From positions 310,001 through 374,000 of the forward strand of contig RSEE01000029.1 in NCBI GenBank assembly GCA_003971905.1: 64,000 nucleotides of DNA, given 5' to 3'. Shown here piece after piece: positions 35,885-50,087 of the stretch (position 1 is the stretch's first letter; each line of letters opens with the position of its first letter). This DNA comes from Moniliella sp. 'wahieum' (Eukaryota). Made by a program: the position numbers and the translations under genes. The notes beneath the pieces are model-generated. The model saw nothing but the letters and a program-made list of their open reading frames with translations. It did not search any database and was not told where the DNA came from.

Positions 35885-36578
35885 CTACACTTGGGACGCA
35901 GGGGGAGGGGGTTGCCAAGGAGTTTCTCAATCTCCGATTTGAGCGAGCTCGGCTGCGGGTAGGCGCATACCGGACCACATTGCCCTCCCGATCCACCAAG
36001 AACTTGGTAAAGTTCCATGCGATCGACTCGCCCAGCGCACCATGGCCATGCTCCTTAAGATACTTGAACACCTCGTTCGTACCCGGTCCGTTCACGTCGC
36101 TGTGTTACGCGGCAACACCCGCAATTGAAGAGATCTTGTTAGTATCCATGTTGCACCAAACAACGGCGCTAGCCTACGTTGCTTACCTTTTTTGACCATG
36201 GGGAACTGGACACCATAGTGAGCTGGCAAAAGGTCTGTGTGTCCTCATCGTTCTCCGGTTCTGGGAACGGAATTGGTTGCTGGGGTACCCAATCACTTCC
36301 AGCCAGAAGCATGGTAGGCGTCATACAGTTCTTGCAACTCCTTGAGCTGAGGCGTCAGACCGCACCTGTTCGTGCAGCAATCGATTAGCACCTCTCACGT
36401 CGGCTGTTGAGCGCCGGGGTACAGACAATCCGGCGGTGGAGGGAGCAAAAGGGAGAGAGGTATGATGGAAGACGGACGTACTTGGTAGCCGAGTTGAAAA
36501 TGAGAAGCACCTTGCCCCCAAGGTGCTGTAGTCCAGCACCGAGTTCTTCCAGGGCGACTTGAGAGTGTAGAGAGACAT
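35885..36578 (-). CDS. Cysteine-type glutathione/thioredoxin peroxidase (Gpx/Hyr1 family)
   Basis: GKVLLIFNSATK|CGLTPQLKELQELY across intron 36366-36481 (peroxidatic Cys is TGC); GYPSNQF; second intron near 36100-36186; VNGPGTNEVFKYLK, IAWNFTKFLVDREG, EIEKLL. Stop position is approximate. Confidence 0.9.
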
Positions 36579-36933
36579 GAGATGAGCTTCGTTTGCGTTG
36601 CTGCGGTGGAAGCAAGGGAGGGGGTGGGGGGAAAGAAGGCGGTGGGGCCGGGCGTGCACGGACCGGTCACATCCAGGCTGAGGTGGCCCATGCGTCGGCC
36701 TGATTTGGAGCTTGAAGCTTGATAGCTTGATCAATGTCATCGGACCGGTCGGCATCACGAGCGCATCACGTAACCTGGACGCTATCGCCGCCGGTCTGAC
36801 ATTTCAACTTGCAACCTATGTTGGCAGCTCCTGCCTTCACTTCTTGGGCAAAACGATCTCTGCACACACCCCACACCTATTGCAAAAAGGCTCGCAACGA
36901 TTGAATGGAGACATGCCATAGTAAAACGCTCGT

Positions 36934-36980
36934 CAACGTCATCAACGTCATCAACGTCATCAACGTCATCAACGCATCAA
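36934..36980 (+). repeat. 9-bp tandem repeat (CAACGTCAT)x4-5
   Basis: caacgtcat caacgtcat caacgtcat caacgtcat caacgcat. Confidence 0.9.
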
Positions 36981-37329
36981 TGTCGACGGATGGCACCCCC
37001 CAATGCGGCCATCTGGGTTACCGGTTACCGGTTACCGGTTAGCAGTTACCGGTTACTCTATTTCCCTCTTCCGAAGCGACGCATTGATGCTTTACAGAGA
37101 GAGCTTATAATAAGGCTACGTGGCCACATGCGGCATGCGATGAGATGATAGCTAGCCAAGCCACCTGCACGCGCGCTCAGTCTTCTCTCTGTCTCGCTCT
37201 CTCGCATGCCTTCTCCCTTTTCTCCCAACCACCTCTCCCGTCCCTCTCTCCTTCGCTCTGGATACTTGAATCAATATACTCGCTGATTAGCGCTTAGATC
37301 TTAGCTGATTCGGCTTTCGATAGAGGCTA

Positions 37330-37450
37330 GGTGTCTTAATGATCGTGTCCTGCTGCGTCGCTCCATTCGCACTTAGTAGGACATGAAATAAGACGCTGCA
37401 CCTGTGGCCTATTAACGTTTAACCAGAGAACCCAATGTTGATAGACAGGA
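37330..37450 (+). ncRNA. Candidate structured ncRNA with two adjacent G.U-containing hairpins
   Basis: Stems 37330-38/37389-97, 37343-55/37374-86, 37409-19/37434-44 and 37401-05/37445-49. The non-Watson-Crick pairs are G.U on the + strand. Upstream TATAAT near 37105 and a pyrimidine tract; no credible ORF. Confidence 0.4.
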
Positions 37451-39537
37451 TGATTTTAGGGTGGGCTCGGGCATCTCCTACCGGTTTAGCTATGGATGTG
37501 CACAGCCTCTCTCCGACTCCAGACAAAAGGCAAGGAGGCAAAACACCCATCTCGAAGGGGTGGGGGGGAGGAGAAAACGTGCACCATGAGATGCATGATA
37601 GTGGAATCGAGCAGAGAGGGCATAGCCTGTGCGAGCAGAACACTGCCGCCCCACTAAACAAGCCTCACATGTCACAAGCGCCTCTCGCCGGCGCGTGACT
37701 ATAGTGACTGACCAATGTAGGGTCAATTGACCTCAAGCCTCGGCCCAAGCTTCAAGCTTCACACGAGGCTTGAAGGTGTTACCAGTAGCTTAAGGCCCTG
37801 AGAGAGTCCTGACGGTGAGGCCCCGCGGCAGAGAGAGAGGAACCACTAGCTCCATGCTCACAAATGGTGTGCGGGTGCCAGTGAGGGACGGCAACCGTAA
37901 GCGCGTATAAGCCCACCCTAGACCCGACGGTGCCCACGTATATATATGCGATCGACGTTTTGACTTGAAAAAAACCGGGTTGTACGTTGAACCAGACACG
38001 ATGCGCAAAACCCTTGCACAATTCATAAAATAACGTTAACGATGCGCGACCACTCTCTTGCGCGCGAGATCGACGCATGAAGGTACCGTAGCGCATAGGC
38101 ACCGTCGGTTGCAATCCGTTGCTCTTCTTCCTCTACGTATCTAACAGCGACCAGCGCCAGGAACGCGTGACGCCACCGCAACGTATGTCCCAATCCTGTG
38201 TTAGCGCATGTTAGCGCTAAGGCTTAGCTTGGCGCATCGGGTAATACGCCGGTCAACAGTGAAATGTAGGATGCGCTGCCAGCGTGCGTGTGGGTATTAT
38301 ATGGATGTCTCCTTTTCTCACGCCCAATTTGAATTGAGCGCACACAAGTAGTAGACGATATAGCATGTGCAGCTTTGACATCGCGCGTTGGGGGGTTGCA
38401 GAAGGTTGCGGGTCCGCCGCAACGACTCATGTCACAGAGTAGATGGAAATAGGTTGTAGGGCTGTCAAAAAGGTTCAGAGAGAAGAGGGAGCTTTTTGCT
38501 TTCTCTTCGGCCAAAGGCAACGGGCAGGCCAGTATCTTTTTTCTTTTCTCATCAGGGTCTCGCCAGGTTGCACGCTCCACACGCTATATATGTAAGCAAA
38601 CCTGGGCAAGAGGCGCACGCTGTTGAAGAGTTGGTGACGCATGCCGATAGTTCTCGGGGGAAGGGTGGCGAGAGTATGTGGAGGGCTGTCGAGCTAGTGT
38701 ACAGTGTGCGTGTGGTGGGCTCTCGGATACGGCTCCTTAAGCCTGCTGGGAGATATATAGGGGGGGTTCCTGATGTGTGGTGTGTGCATGGTGGGAGATA
38801 AGCGCGGCAGGGGTTTACTAGTTACTCGTTACTATGCGTCGTCGCTCATTCTCCGACGACCGTTCCGCAGATTGCAAAGCCCGGATCGATCATCGATCAT
38901 CGATTGCCCTGATCGCCCTGATCCGCCTCGGCTCTTCTGGCAGCTAATACAGACCCACGCGATCGGTCATCGACCAATCAATACCCGCACTGCCCTGTCC
39001 GCCGGCCATGCTCACACTCCCGCACGCAATCATCGAACCATCCTTTGGGAGATCGAGCGATATCTATATAAGCGCTAAGCACAGGCAAGGGTGGATGGTA
39101 CGTCGCACGGCTCGCTGTCCTTCCCTCGGTGCTACTCTGTCCCATCCACCATCCCCGTGCCCTCTAACGTCCAACCCAGCTCCGCTCCCCTCCGCTCCCC
39201 CCCGCCATCCCCTCCCCCTCTTTGATCACCGGTGTCCCAGTAGCCCCTTGGTCGCTCGCAGTGGCGCCCGCCTATCGACGCCACAGCCTATCTCCCCGTA
39301 TCAACGTCATTGGTGGCAACATTCGGCGTCCTCCCCAAGTGACTAGTGACCTAGTGACCTAGTGACCTAGTGACCCCATATCAGTATCAACCCTTTCTCC
39401 CTCTCGTCCCTCTCTCGCTCGCGCCAATACCGCATACACTCCTCTCCCCTTCCTTACAAAGTCTCCGCCTCTGAAATCTCATCTCACCACCCGCCCCAGA
39501 CGAGGATACCTCCTCCCTCTGAACACCTTCTCCCAGC

Positions 39538-41561
39538 ATGACCCTACAATCCTCCAAAACATCGCCCCCCTTGCCCGGCTCGCCCAAGGCACACGTCGGT
39601 GCCCTCTTTCGCCGCTTCAGCACCCGTCTGGGACTCTCTTCCGACCCCACAGACCAGCCGCAGCACCCTGACGTCTCTCCCGATCCTCTCGATCCTTCAC
39701 CTTCCACCACCATCCCTCCCACCGCAAACAACACCAGCAACACCAAGTATCTGCGACGCAGTCAGCCTCCGCCCCCGCTCCGTCCTCTCGGAGACGACGG
39801 GGGGGCGGCTGGGATGCCCGTGATGGCCAAGTTAGAAGGATGGTCTCGCGTAAAGTACAATGCAATTGCCAACCCCGCCCTGGTCAAAGACATTTGGGTG
39901 GACTGTGATCCTGGGCATGACGATGCGTTGGCGCTCATTATGGCCACGCATCACCCGGGCTTGCGTCTCGTGGGTTCAGCACTGTATCTGGCAATGCGCC
40001 TGGTCGGGCTACCTACTTAAACGCCGCTCGGATCCTGGTCGCCATTGGTGCGGACAACGCGGTGCGGAAGCGGTCTGAAGCTGCTCGGAATGCAGTGGCA
40101 GACCATGCGGAAAACGATGGGGAGAACAATGGGGAAACGATGGAGAGGAGGCGGAGCACTCGTCCAAGACAAATGGCAACGTTGATCGTATTGCCCTCTA
40201 TCCTCTCCTGCTCCGTGGCGCAGATGCCCCCTTGATTCAGCCTACTCGGCATGCAGCCTCGATGCATGGCCGTGATGGCCTGAAAGGCGTGACCAGTCTT
40301 CCTCCGCTCGACTCGCCGGTTCTATCAGAGCGGCTCTGGGCATCGTACGACCGGTCCAACATCGAACGCTTAGTCGAGCATCCCAAGCAGGGCCAATCCA
40401 AACGCAATGAACGGTTGCACCAGACTTGGATGTCCCAGCTGCCTCGCCAGCTTTGGTGGTGGCCGCTTTAGCTGAAGAGTTGCTTCGCCGGCGTCAGAAT
40501 GGCAGTCCTCCTCTCCACATTTGTGTGACGGGACCGTGTACCAACATTGCCCTGCTGATCAAGTTGCATCCCGACCTGGTCGCACCGGACACGGTCGCGG
40601 CCATTGTTGTTATGGCTGGGGCGACCGAGGAGGCCAAGGAAGGCGAAACGGCGGTGTACGAGTTCAATGCCGCCAGCGACCCCGAAGCCTTGGCGATTCT
40701 GTTTTACCACCCTGTCAAAGTTGTCATGGTCGGATCCAAAGTGGCCAAGCAAGGTATGTCTCTCTTGTTTTGATCTTCATATTCCTGCAGAGGAAACAAG
40801 AAGAGTGCCATATGCTGACACGCTTTTGATGCCATTTCACAGCCATCTTTACCTCTGAGGTGAATGACCGTCTGCTTCAACTCGTACCAGCGCCGTGGGC
40901 ACTACAGAAACCTGCCAACGTTGAAACCGAGGCGTCTACAGACCCTGCGACAACTTTCCCACCCAAAGGACTCGAAGGTCCAAGCGACGTGCGCAAGATC
41001 GTCTCATCTGCAATGACTTTCTGGCCTCGGGTTATGCCACAAGCATGGCTTCAGGTACGGCCCCCCTGTGCACGACCTGTTGACTGTCGCGTATGTGGCA
41101 GACGAAAAGTTGTTCTTTACGTACGGTGCCCCTCCTTCCTCCACAAGGCACAATTCCTCCCACACCGAGAGCAACAGCGAAGAGAAGCATGCCGTACTGG
41201 CTGAAAGTCAGTCTGACACAGACCACACCTCGTCCAAGCCGAAGTCCCCCCCGATTTGGACCAGGCCAAGGAGGTGGAAGAGGCGGAGCAAGCAGGAGCG
41301 CCCGGTCCTCCTGCCAATCCGCTCCTGTCCTATGCCGAGGACGCTCGCATTCACCCTCCGCCTCGTCACCGCGTTGAAGTCGATCTCGGCCTACTGCCTT
41401 CGGCGGGAACGGTTGTGATTATGGATCAGCTGGGCCACAAGTCGCGGGACACGTGGGAACGCGGGGGCAAGAATGTGGAGGTGCTGGAGGAGTTGGACAT
41501 GCCGGGGCTGTGGGATCTGTTTCTCGATGTGATGGACTGTGCGGATCAAAGCCTAACCTAA
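39538..41561 (+). CDS. Inosine-uridine-preferring nucleoside hydrolase (Urh1-like)
   Basis: IWVDCDPGHDDALAL (DxDxxxDD), STVSGN, MHGRDGL, TGPCTNIAL, EFNAASDPEA, PPLHDLLTVAYV. Intron about 40754-40842; TATATAA at 39065; frameshifts present. Confidence 0.9.
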
Positions 41562-42626
41562 AGCGTGGGTAAATATGGGTGCAAAACGTGTCTTGTTATC
41601 CGTCCAGTGGGTGGGCGGGTACGCTTGCTGTATGCTATGTCAATGATTCCCTTGATCCCTCAATCTCCGCCTTCATTCCGTTGTCATGTGCACACCCCCT
41701 TCTCTCCCCCTTGTCAGTAACAACCCCTTATCCCGACAGCTCCCTTCACCCCCTGTTGCACCTTTCACCGACATATACCCCACCCCGCCGTGGGCGCCGT
41801 TTTCATTTCCTCCTGTTTTTGCCGCTACTCTCTGCTTTCATATCCTACACCCTCCCTTTTCTTATCAGAATTAGTCCGACCTCGAGAGTCTGGTTTGGTT
41901 TCGTGTCCTGACTGGTCTCTCTCTGTTACCTCCAGCCCGGCAATATACCTCTTCGTACCTCACATGACGATGTTGGCGATGTGTGTAGAGTGTGAACGGA
42001 GGGCAATGGGATAGCCGGCAGGAGTTCATGTTCAGTACAGAAAAAGCATGTGGACAAAGGCAGACATACAACGTAGGATAGGTTGCTCGGAGCATCCACC
42101 AGAATGTCCGGCCTTTGCAAACCCATCAGTCAACCATGGCCCATTATGCGTTACACCGTTGTTGGGCGCTCCAGCACCGCCGGAGCTTTTCTTCGAGCCC
42201 ACGCTTGAGGGCAGCAAGCAGGTCTTTCACTCCTGGTAAGAGGCAGAGGTAGCGATGGCCAATACCAAGGTGCACGCGCTCTTCGTCCGACACATCCACC
42301 CCGGGTCATCTTGCCCATCAGCGACTCCACTCGCCGTTTACCCAGTGGCGTCCGCCTCGTTGCAATTTGCAGCCGACGCATTGGATTGGCGCTTGGATCG
42401 TGGCGCCAACAATGTGCAACTTTGACTTTGAATTTGAACATGAGCTGGCACCCTGGCCTATCCTGGCCCGTTTCCGCCGGCGGAATTGCAGAGTTCGTTT
42501 GGCGCCAGGCAACCACAGCCCACCGGTCCAGTTGATTGCTGTCTCCGTCTCCACATCGGGTGCTCTCCCCCTTTTGGTGTCGCCGGCCACCCCCTTGTTG
42601 CCTTTCCTTGCCTTGCTTTGCCCGCC

Positions 42627-43310
42627 ATGAGTGCACGCCCCCTAAACGACGACGAGGTGCTGAGCGAGATGAAGAAGATGGTCAGCTTCATCAAGCAGGA
42701 GGCGGTGGAAAAGGCGCGCGAGATCCAAGTCCGCGCCGACGAGGACTTTGCCATCGAAAAGGGCAAACTCGTTCGCGGCGAGTCGGTATCGCTCGATGCA
42801 ACGTACGACAAGAAGGCCAAAGCTGCTCTTACCTCTACCCGCATTGCCCAGTCCACCGCAACCAACGCTGCTCGCCTCAAGTTGCTCCAGGCCCGCGAGG
42901 AGCACCTCCAATCTCTCTTTGATGCCGCCCGCGCCAAGCTCGCCTCGACCACGTCCGACCCTTCGGCCTACGCAAAGCTGCTTGTGCAGCTTTCGCTCCA
43001 GGGACTGCTCCAGCTCACCGAACCCAAGGTGACGTTGGTGGTGCGTGCGCAGGACGTGAGTGTGTTGGAAGGCCTGCTGGACGAGGTGGCAAGCAAGTAC
43101 AAGGACGCATATGGCAAGCCCGTCTCTCTCTCTGTCGCCGAGGGCTTGCCTAAAGATTCCTCGGGCGGAGTCAAACTCGTCTCGCACGAGGACAAGATTA
43201 CAATTGACAATACGCTGGAAGAGCGGCTGCGACTGATTGAGGAGTTGATGCTGCCCATCATCCGTACCGACCTGTTTGGGCCGAACCCCAACCGCCACTT
43301 CTTCAACTAA
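42627..43310 (+). CDS. VMA4: V-type H+-ATPase subunit E
   Basis: Intact intronless 227-aa ORF MSARPLNDDEVLSEMKKMVSFIKQEAVEKAREI...GGVKL...IDNTLEERL...IRTDLFGPNPNRHFFN. Confidence 0.97.
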   Translation: MSARPLNDDEVLSEMKKMVSFIKQEAVEKAREIQVRADEDFAIEKGKLVRGESVSLDATYDKKAKAALTSTRIAQSTATNAARLKLLQAREEHLQSLFDAARAKLASTTSDPSAYAKLLVQLSLQGLLQLTEPKVTLVVRAQDVSVLEGLLDEVASKYKDAYGKPVSLSVAEGLPKDSSGGVKLVSHEDKITIDNTLEERLRLIEELMLPIIRTDLFGPNPNRHFFN

Positions 43311-43779
43311 GTATCTTCATCTCATCTCGCCCCCCTAGGTGTACCGTGGGTGTGGTAGGAACTGGTACTGGCTAGCTTGGATGCCTATGTCGTGGGTCGA
43401 TGCCCCGGACCCTACACGACGTCTCACTCCCTTTTATTTTTCTCCTTCCCTTTCTCCTGCACTGCATTCCCTGCCTACTCTTATTGATCAGGATGTTGGG
43501 TATGTCAAGGTTTCCTCTGCCTGTAGCAATAGGAGGAGTGCTCCTGCGTAGATGAACATGTTCTCCTTCTCTGATGGCTCCGTCTTGCATTGGGTGAGCG
43601 AAGGGAGCAGGTCACAAGGGACGGCTGTATCGACGATGACATAGATTTAAGCAAGATGTGATGGGCGACATGCAGACGAGGTAGAGAGCTCCGCATAGCT
43701 AAAGCCTTGGTTCCAAGCAGTCACAAGCATGCCCCGACGTACTGGGTCTCAGCCGCATTGCCAATCCTCTAGTCATCCA

Positions 43780-45210
43780 TCATGCGGAGGCAGCAGCAGC
43801 CCAAGCATCGTGCCTCGCAACCAGCTCCGCAATAATCGTCTCTTCAATCTCGCGTACGCCATACTTGCCTCGCCAAGGCAAGAGCGAGGCGGGGAACCCA
43901 AATACAAGCCCGCCCCCCGGTACGCGAGGATGAGGAGAGTAGTCTTCCTCCTGTTGCGGTGCGGGCGGGACATGTGCCTGGGTCGCACGCGGTACCAAGA
44001 CGGGCGAGGAAAGCGGATTGGGCTGGGGCATCCCCGCGCTGGCCGAACGCCAAGCAGCCGAAGCCTCCTGGTCCAACTTGGCATTGGCCTCAATGTCCGC
44101 TGGGCTCATGCGCAGCCACGTGGTGCGGAACGAGGCGGGGACAGAGGCAGAGGGGTCGCGCGGGTGCGGTGGCTGGGACCCAAGCGGGGCAGTTTGCTCA
44201 CTGGCACTCGCAGGCTCCACCAGTACTACCTTGACCTTACGCGAGTGGAGTTCGTTGCCAATGACCACTTGATGACCGTACCTCTGCAGCGCGGCTTCGG
44301 CCTTGGGCACCAAGAGCCCCGGGTCGGTCTCGAGTTTGAACGAGACCACGTACCCGTCCGGCGCCCAGTCTTGCACCATAGGCTTAAGCACCTTGGGTAC
44401 CTGGTCCATCTCAATCACCAGAGATCCCTTGCCCGACTGGATCTTGTGCTCCGACTGGCCAAAGTGAGAGAGGGAAGAGCGGAAGATCAGAATGTGGATT
44501 TGGCCAGGAAGGAGGACAACATACGGTTCGGGTGGAGGGGATGAAAAAATCACTGACAGCGGCGGCGAGGTAGTACATGGCATGCCGCTTCAAGGGCGCC
44601 AGTACACCAGCCAGTTCCCGCAACAAAAACAGGTATTCGGTCACAGTAGTAAAGGGAAGCTGGAGCAACAGCCCCTCGTGGCGGCACGGTGATACGCTTC
44701 GAGCACGGGGCGGAGGTGGAGCGCGTGAGCAGGATCCACCTCGATGCTCGGGAGGCAGGGTCCGAGCCACCGGGTACCGTCAACAGATCAAGGAATGGGT
44801 TGGTGGGTGGGAGTAGTGGCGCGTGTAGGGCTGCAGCGAGTGTTGGCGATGGAGAAAAATGACGCCATAGCCGCGAGCGAGAAAGTACTCGGCCGACGCG
44901 GCGCCACGAGTGCCGGCAGAAAAGTTGTCCAGGAACCGCACCACGTTCTTCTCCAGCGGCACTGTCGTCCCGCCCGAGGTGACGAGCACGATGCGCGGAA
45001 TGGGAGAGGGGGAGGGGCCAGCGCCAGCGCCAGCGCGAGGAGGCGGGCAGCTTGGGCGGCCTGGGCAGCTTTGGCACTCAAGCGGGCGACAAAGTCGCGG
45101 GCGAGGCGGCCGGCGTCAGCAACCGAGGCGGGACGGGCTGGGTGGCAAAGAACTCATCGGCCGAGAAGGATGCCGAGCGGCCGCAGGAGAGGGGAGGAAA
45201 GGGAAGACAT
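43780..45210 (-). CDS. CAB2: Phosphopantothenate-cysteine ligase (PPCS, CoA biosynthesis)
   Basis: [74 protein letters not shown]. Intron about 44456-44524; frameshifts present. Confidence 0.95.
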
Positions 45211-45677
45211 TGAGGGCAGCTCCCCGCGCAAGCGAGCGTGGATCGGTTGAGCGCGGGGGTGGACACTGGTTGGGGGGGGCAGCAGCCGGGCCGAGAAGCA
45301 GCACTGTGGGGGCTGAGCCTCGGCCTGAAGCACCACCGAAGCACCCGTAGGGCGTCGCTGTGCAGCGGGCGACGAGGGGTGTGTATTATGTCAGCGCGCC
45401 GCCCCAGCTGCATCGCAAATTCCAGCTGGCATGGCCGTCAGTACTCAGTACTCAGAGTACTCAGTCTGAGTAGTCAGTTCACGCATCGAAGAGCGAGGGG
45501 GACTCAGCGGTGCCTCCTCTTCTTCCGGCTGGACACACAGCCAGGTCCTCCACGCGGCCAACCTACGCACACGTCAATCGCACCTAAGAGCCCATCTGCG
45601 TGGGGGTCGATCAATATATTTCTACAGGCTGGTGTACATGGACGGACAGCCGCCGCAGCGCTGGGGTGGCCGCACGG

Positions 45678-48404
<2,727 letters not shown>

Positions 48405-50087
48405 GGCAGGGCGGTGCGGAGCAGAGGCAGGTGCCGAGGGCGACAGGGGAGCCGTGGGATGGGCCGCGCAGGGGCTGGTGGGGCTGGTACGGGTGGTGGG
48501 GCGCGAGCACAAGGAATGGAGGAGCACAGCACTAACCTCGGCTGCCCAACCAGCCGACCAAGCCGCGCCCGGAGCGATCACCGCTCACCGTGCATCACCG
48601 ATCCAGCTTCGCGTCGCGCTTCCAGCGCACACGGTCAGTCTCCCACGGGGGCAGTGTACGTACGCGCCGCCTCCACCGTCGGAACTCGGGACATCCGAAT
48701 GTTCAATTGTTCTTCTACCCGAGGACGCAACGTGCCATTATGTGGTGCTATTGATGTAAGCCACTGAGCAAACCGCAAGAAGAACCGATCTCTCCGTGCG
48801 CCAAAGCGCGCATCCGACACGTGTGTCGGTATCCTGGGCGACCCTGCTGCTCTGGGCGACCCTGCTGCTGGCGAAACACTTGTACTCAAAAGGCTATCAG
48901 TTCCATGACGTGGACGTGAATACATCCGGCATTTTGCCCTCTGTTTTTTTGCGCTGTCTATATTACGACTATCCCTTTCTGACCTTCACTCATTGGGTTC
49001 CTCTGTTGTGGAATAGCAGTCTACCTCTTCCTCTCTCTCGGCTCATTTATTACAGGCTGAGATCCCTGTCAGGAAGAAACACAATCCACCGTCGGAAGCA
49101 CATAGGCCTACCGACGCCATCCCCGCTGCCGAGACGTTTTGCGCACGAGCGATTGGCAAAATAACCCCAGCGTCACCCCCAGCAGTGCCGCTTCCGGGCG
49201 CACACAGACGGTGAAGACGGCCCCCACTTGGGCCCATGATGGCACTGCCTCGGTCGGGTGTGGGCAGCACTTTCTCTCGCCCGAATCATATGCATGCTCA
49301 CGTTCTCGCGCAAGTTCTCTTCCTCATCTGTGGCACTGCACACACATCATTGAGCACAGTGCGTCTTCGGTACCCATCGACCATCGACCGTCGATCATCA
49401 ATCGTCGCCGAAGCTAACGAGGACTGCTGAGTACACTGAATACTCACTGGAATCCGCGCCAGAGTGGGTGGTGTGGGTGGATGGTGACATGTGATGTTGC
49501 ATGCCTGACGCCGTGGGCAGGATGTGCTGCAGCAGCGTGCAACTACCAGCTCCTGCTGCCCTGTGTTGATCTCACTCCACACACGGGCGCCGTGCGGTGG
49601 GGTGGGCGGGATCGCCGCATGGGCACGGGGGCAGCACTGTGGATGCGTGTTGCAGTCGATCATGGGCAGCCGACAGGCGGCAGTCGCTGCGGCACGATGC
49701 GTGATGCCGTGATGCGTGCTGCCGCGGCTGGACCGGCTGGAAGCTGGGCTCGGCTGGCTGTGCTGCCCTGGACTGCCCTGGCCGGCACACGGGCAGTTGA
49801 TGCAGACGGGAGACGCACCAAGGCACACACCGCCTGCACCCGCCGCCACGAAGACACAGACGCGGTGCCTGCGTGCCCCCCACTGCCGCCGTGCCTGCCA
49901 CGGTGGCCGTGCTGATCAAAGCCACACCGGAATCCCGCGACCCTGGGTGGGTTATGCAGCAGCCCACCTTCAAGCTTCAGCCAACCGCAAACCCACGCGG
50001 AAGCTCCTCGCTTAGGCCTCCGTCCAGGCCCACGCTCCGCCCGCATCCCCTCCCCCCCGCCACCACCCTCTTTTCTCCCCGCCCGCC

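Noticed and set aside
36934..37056. CRISPR-like array
   Set aside because: Simple 9-bp and 7-bp tandem repeats with no unique spacers, in a eukaryotic context with no cas genes.
37339..37388. SECIS element near the peroxidase gene (ATGA...GA hairpin)
   Set aside because: It lies upstream on the opposite strand, the G.A quartet geometry does not fit, there is no apical AA, and the peroxidase has a TGC Cys codon rather than TGA.
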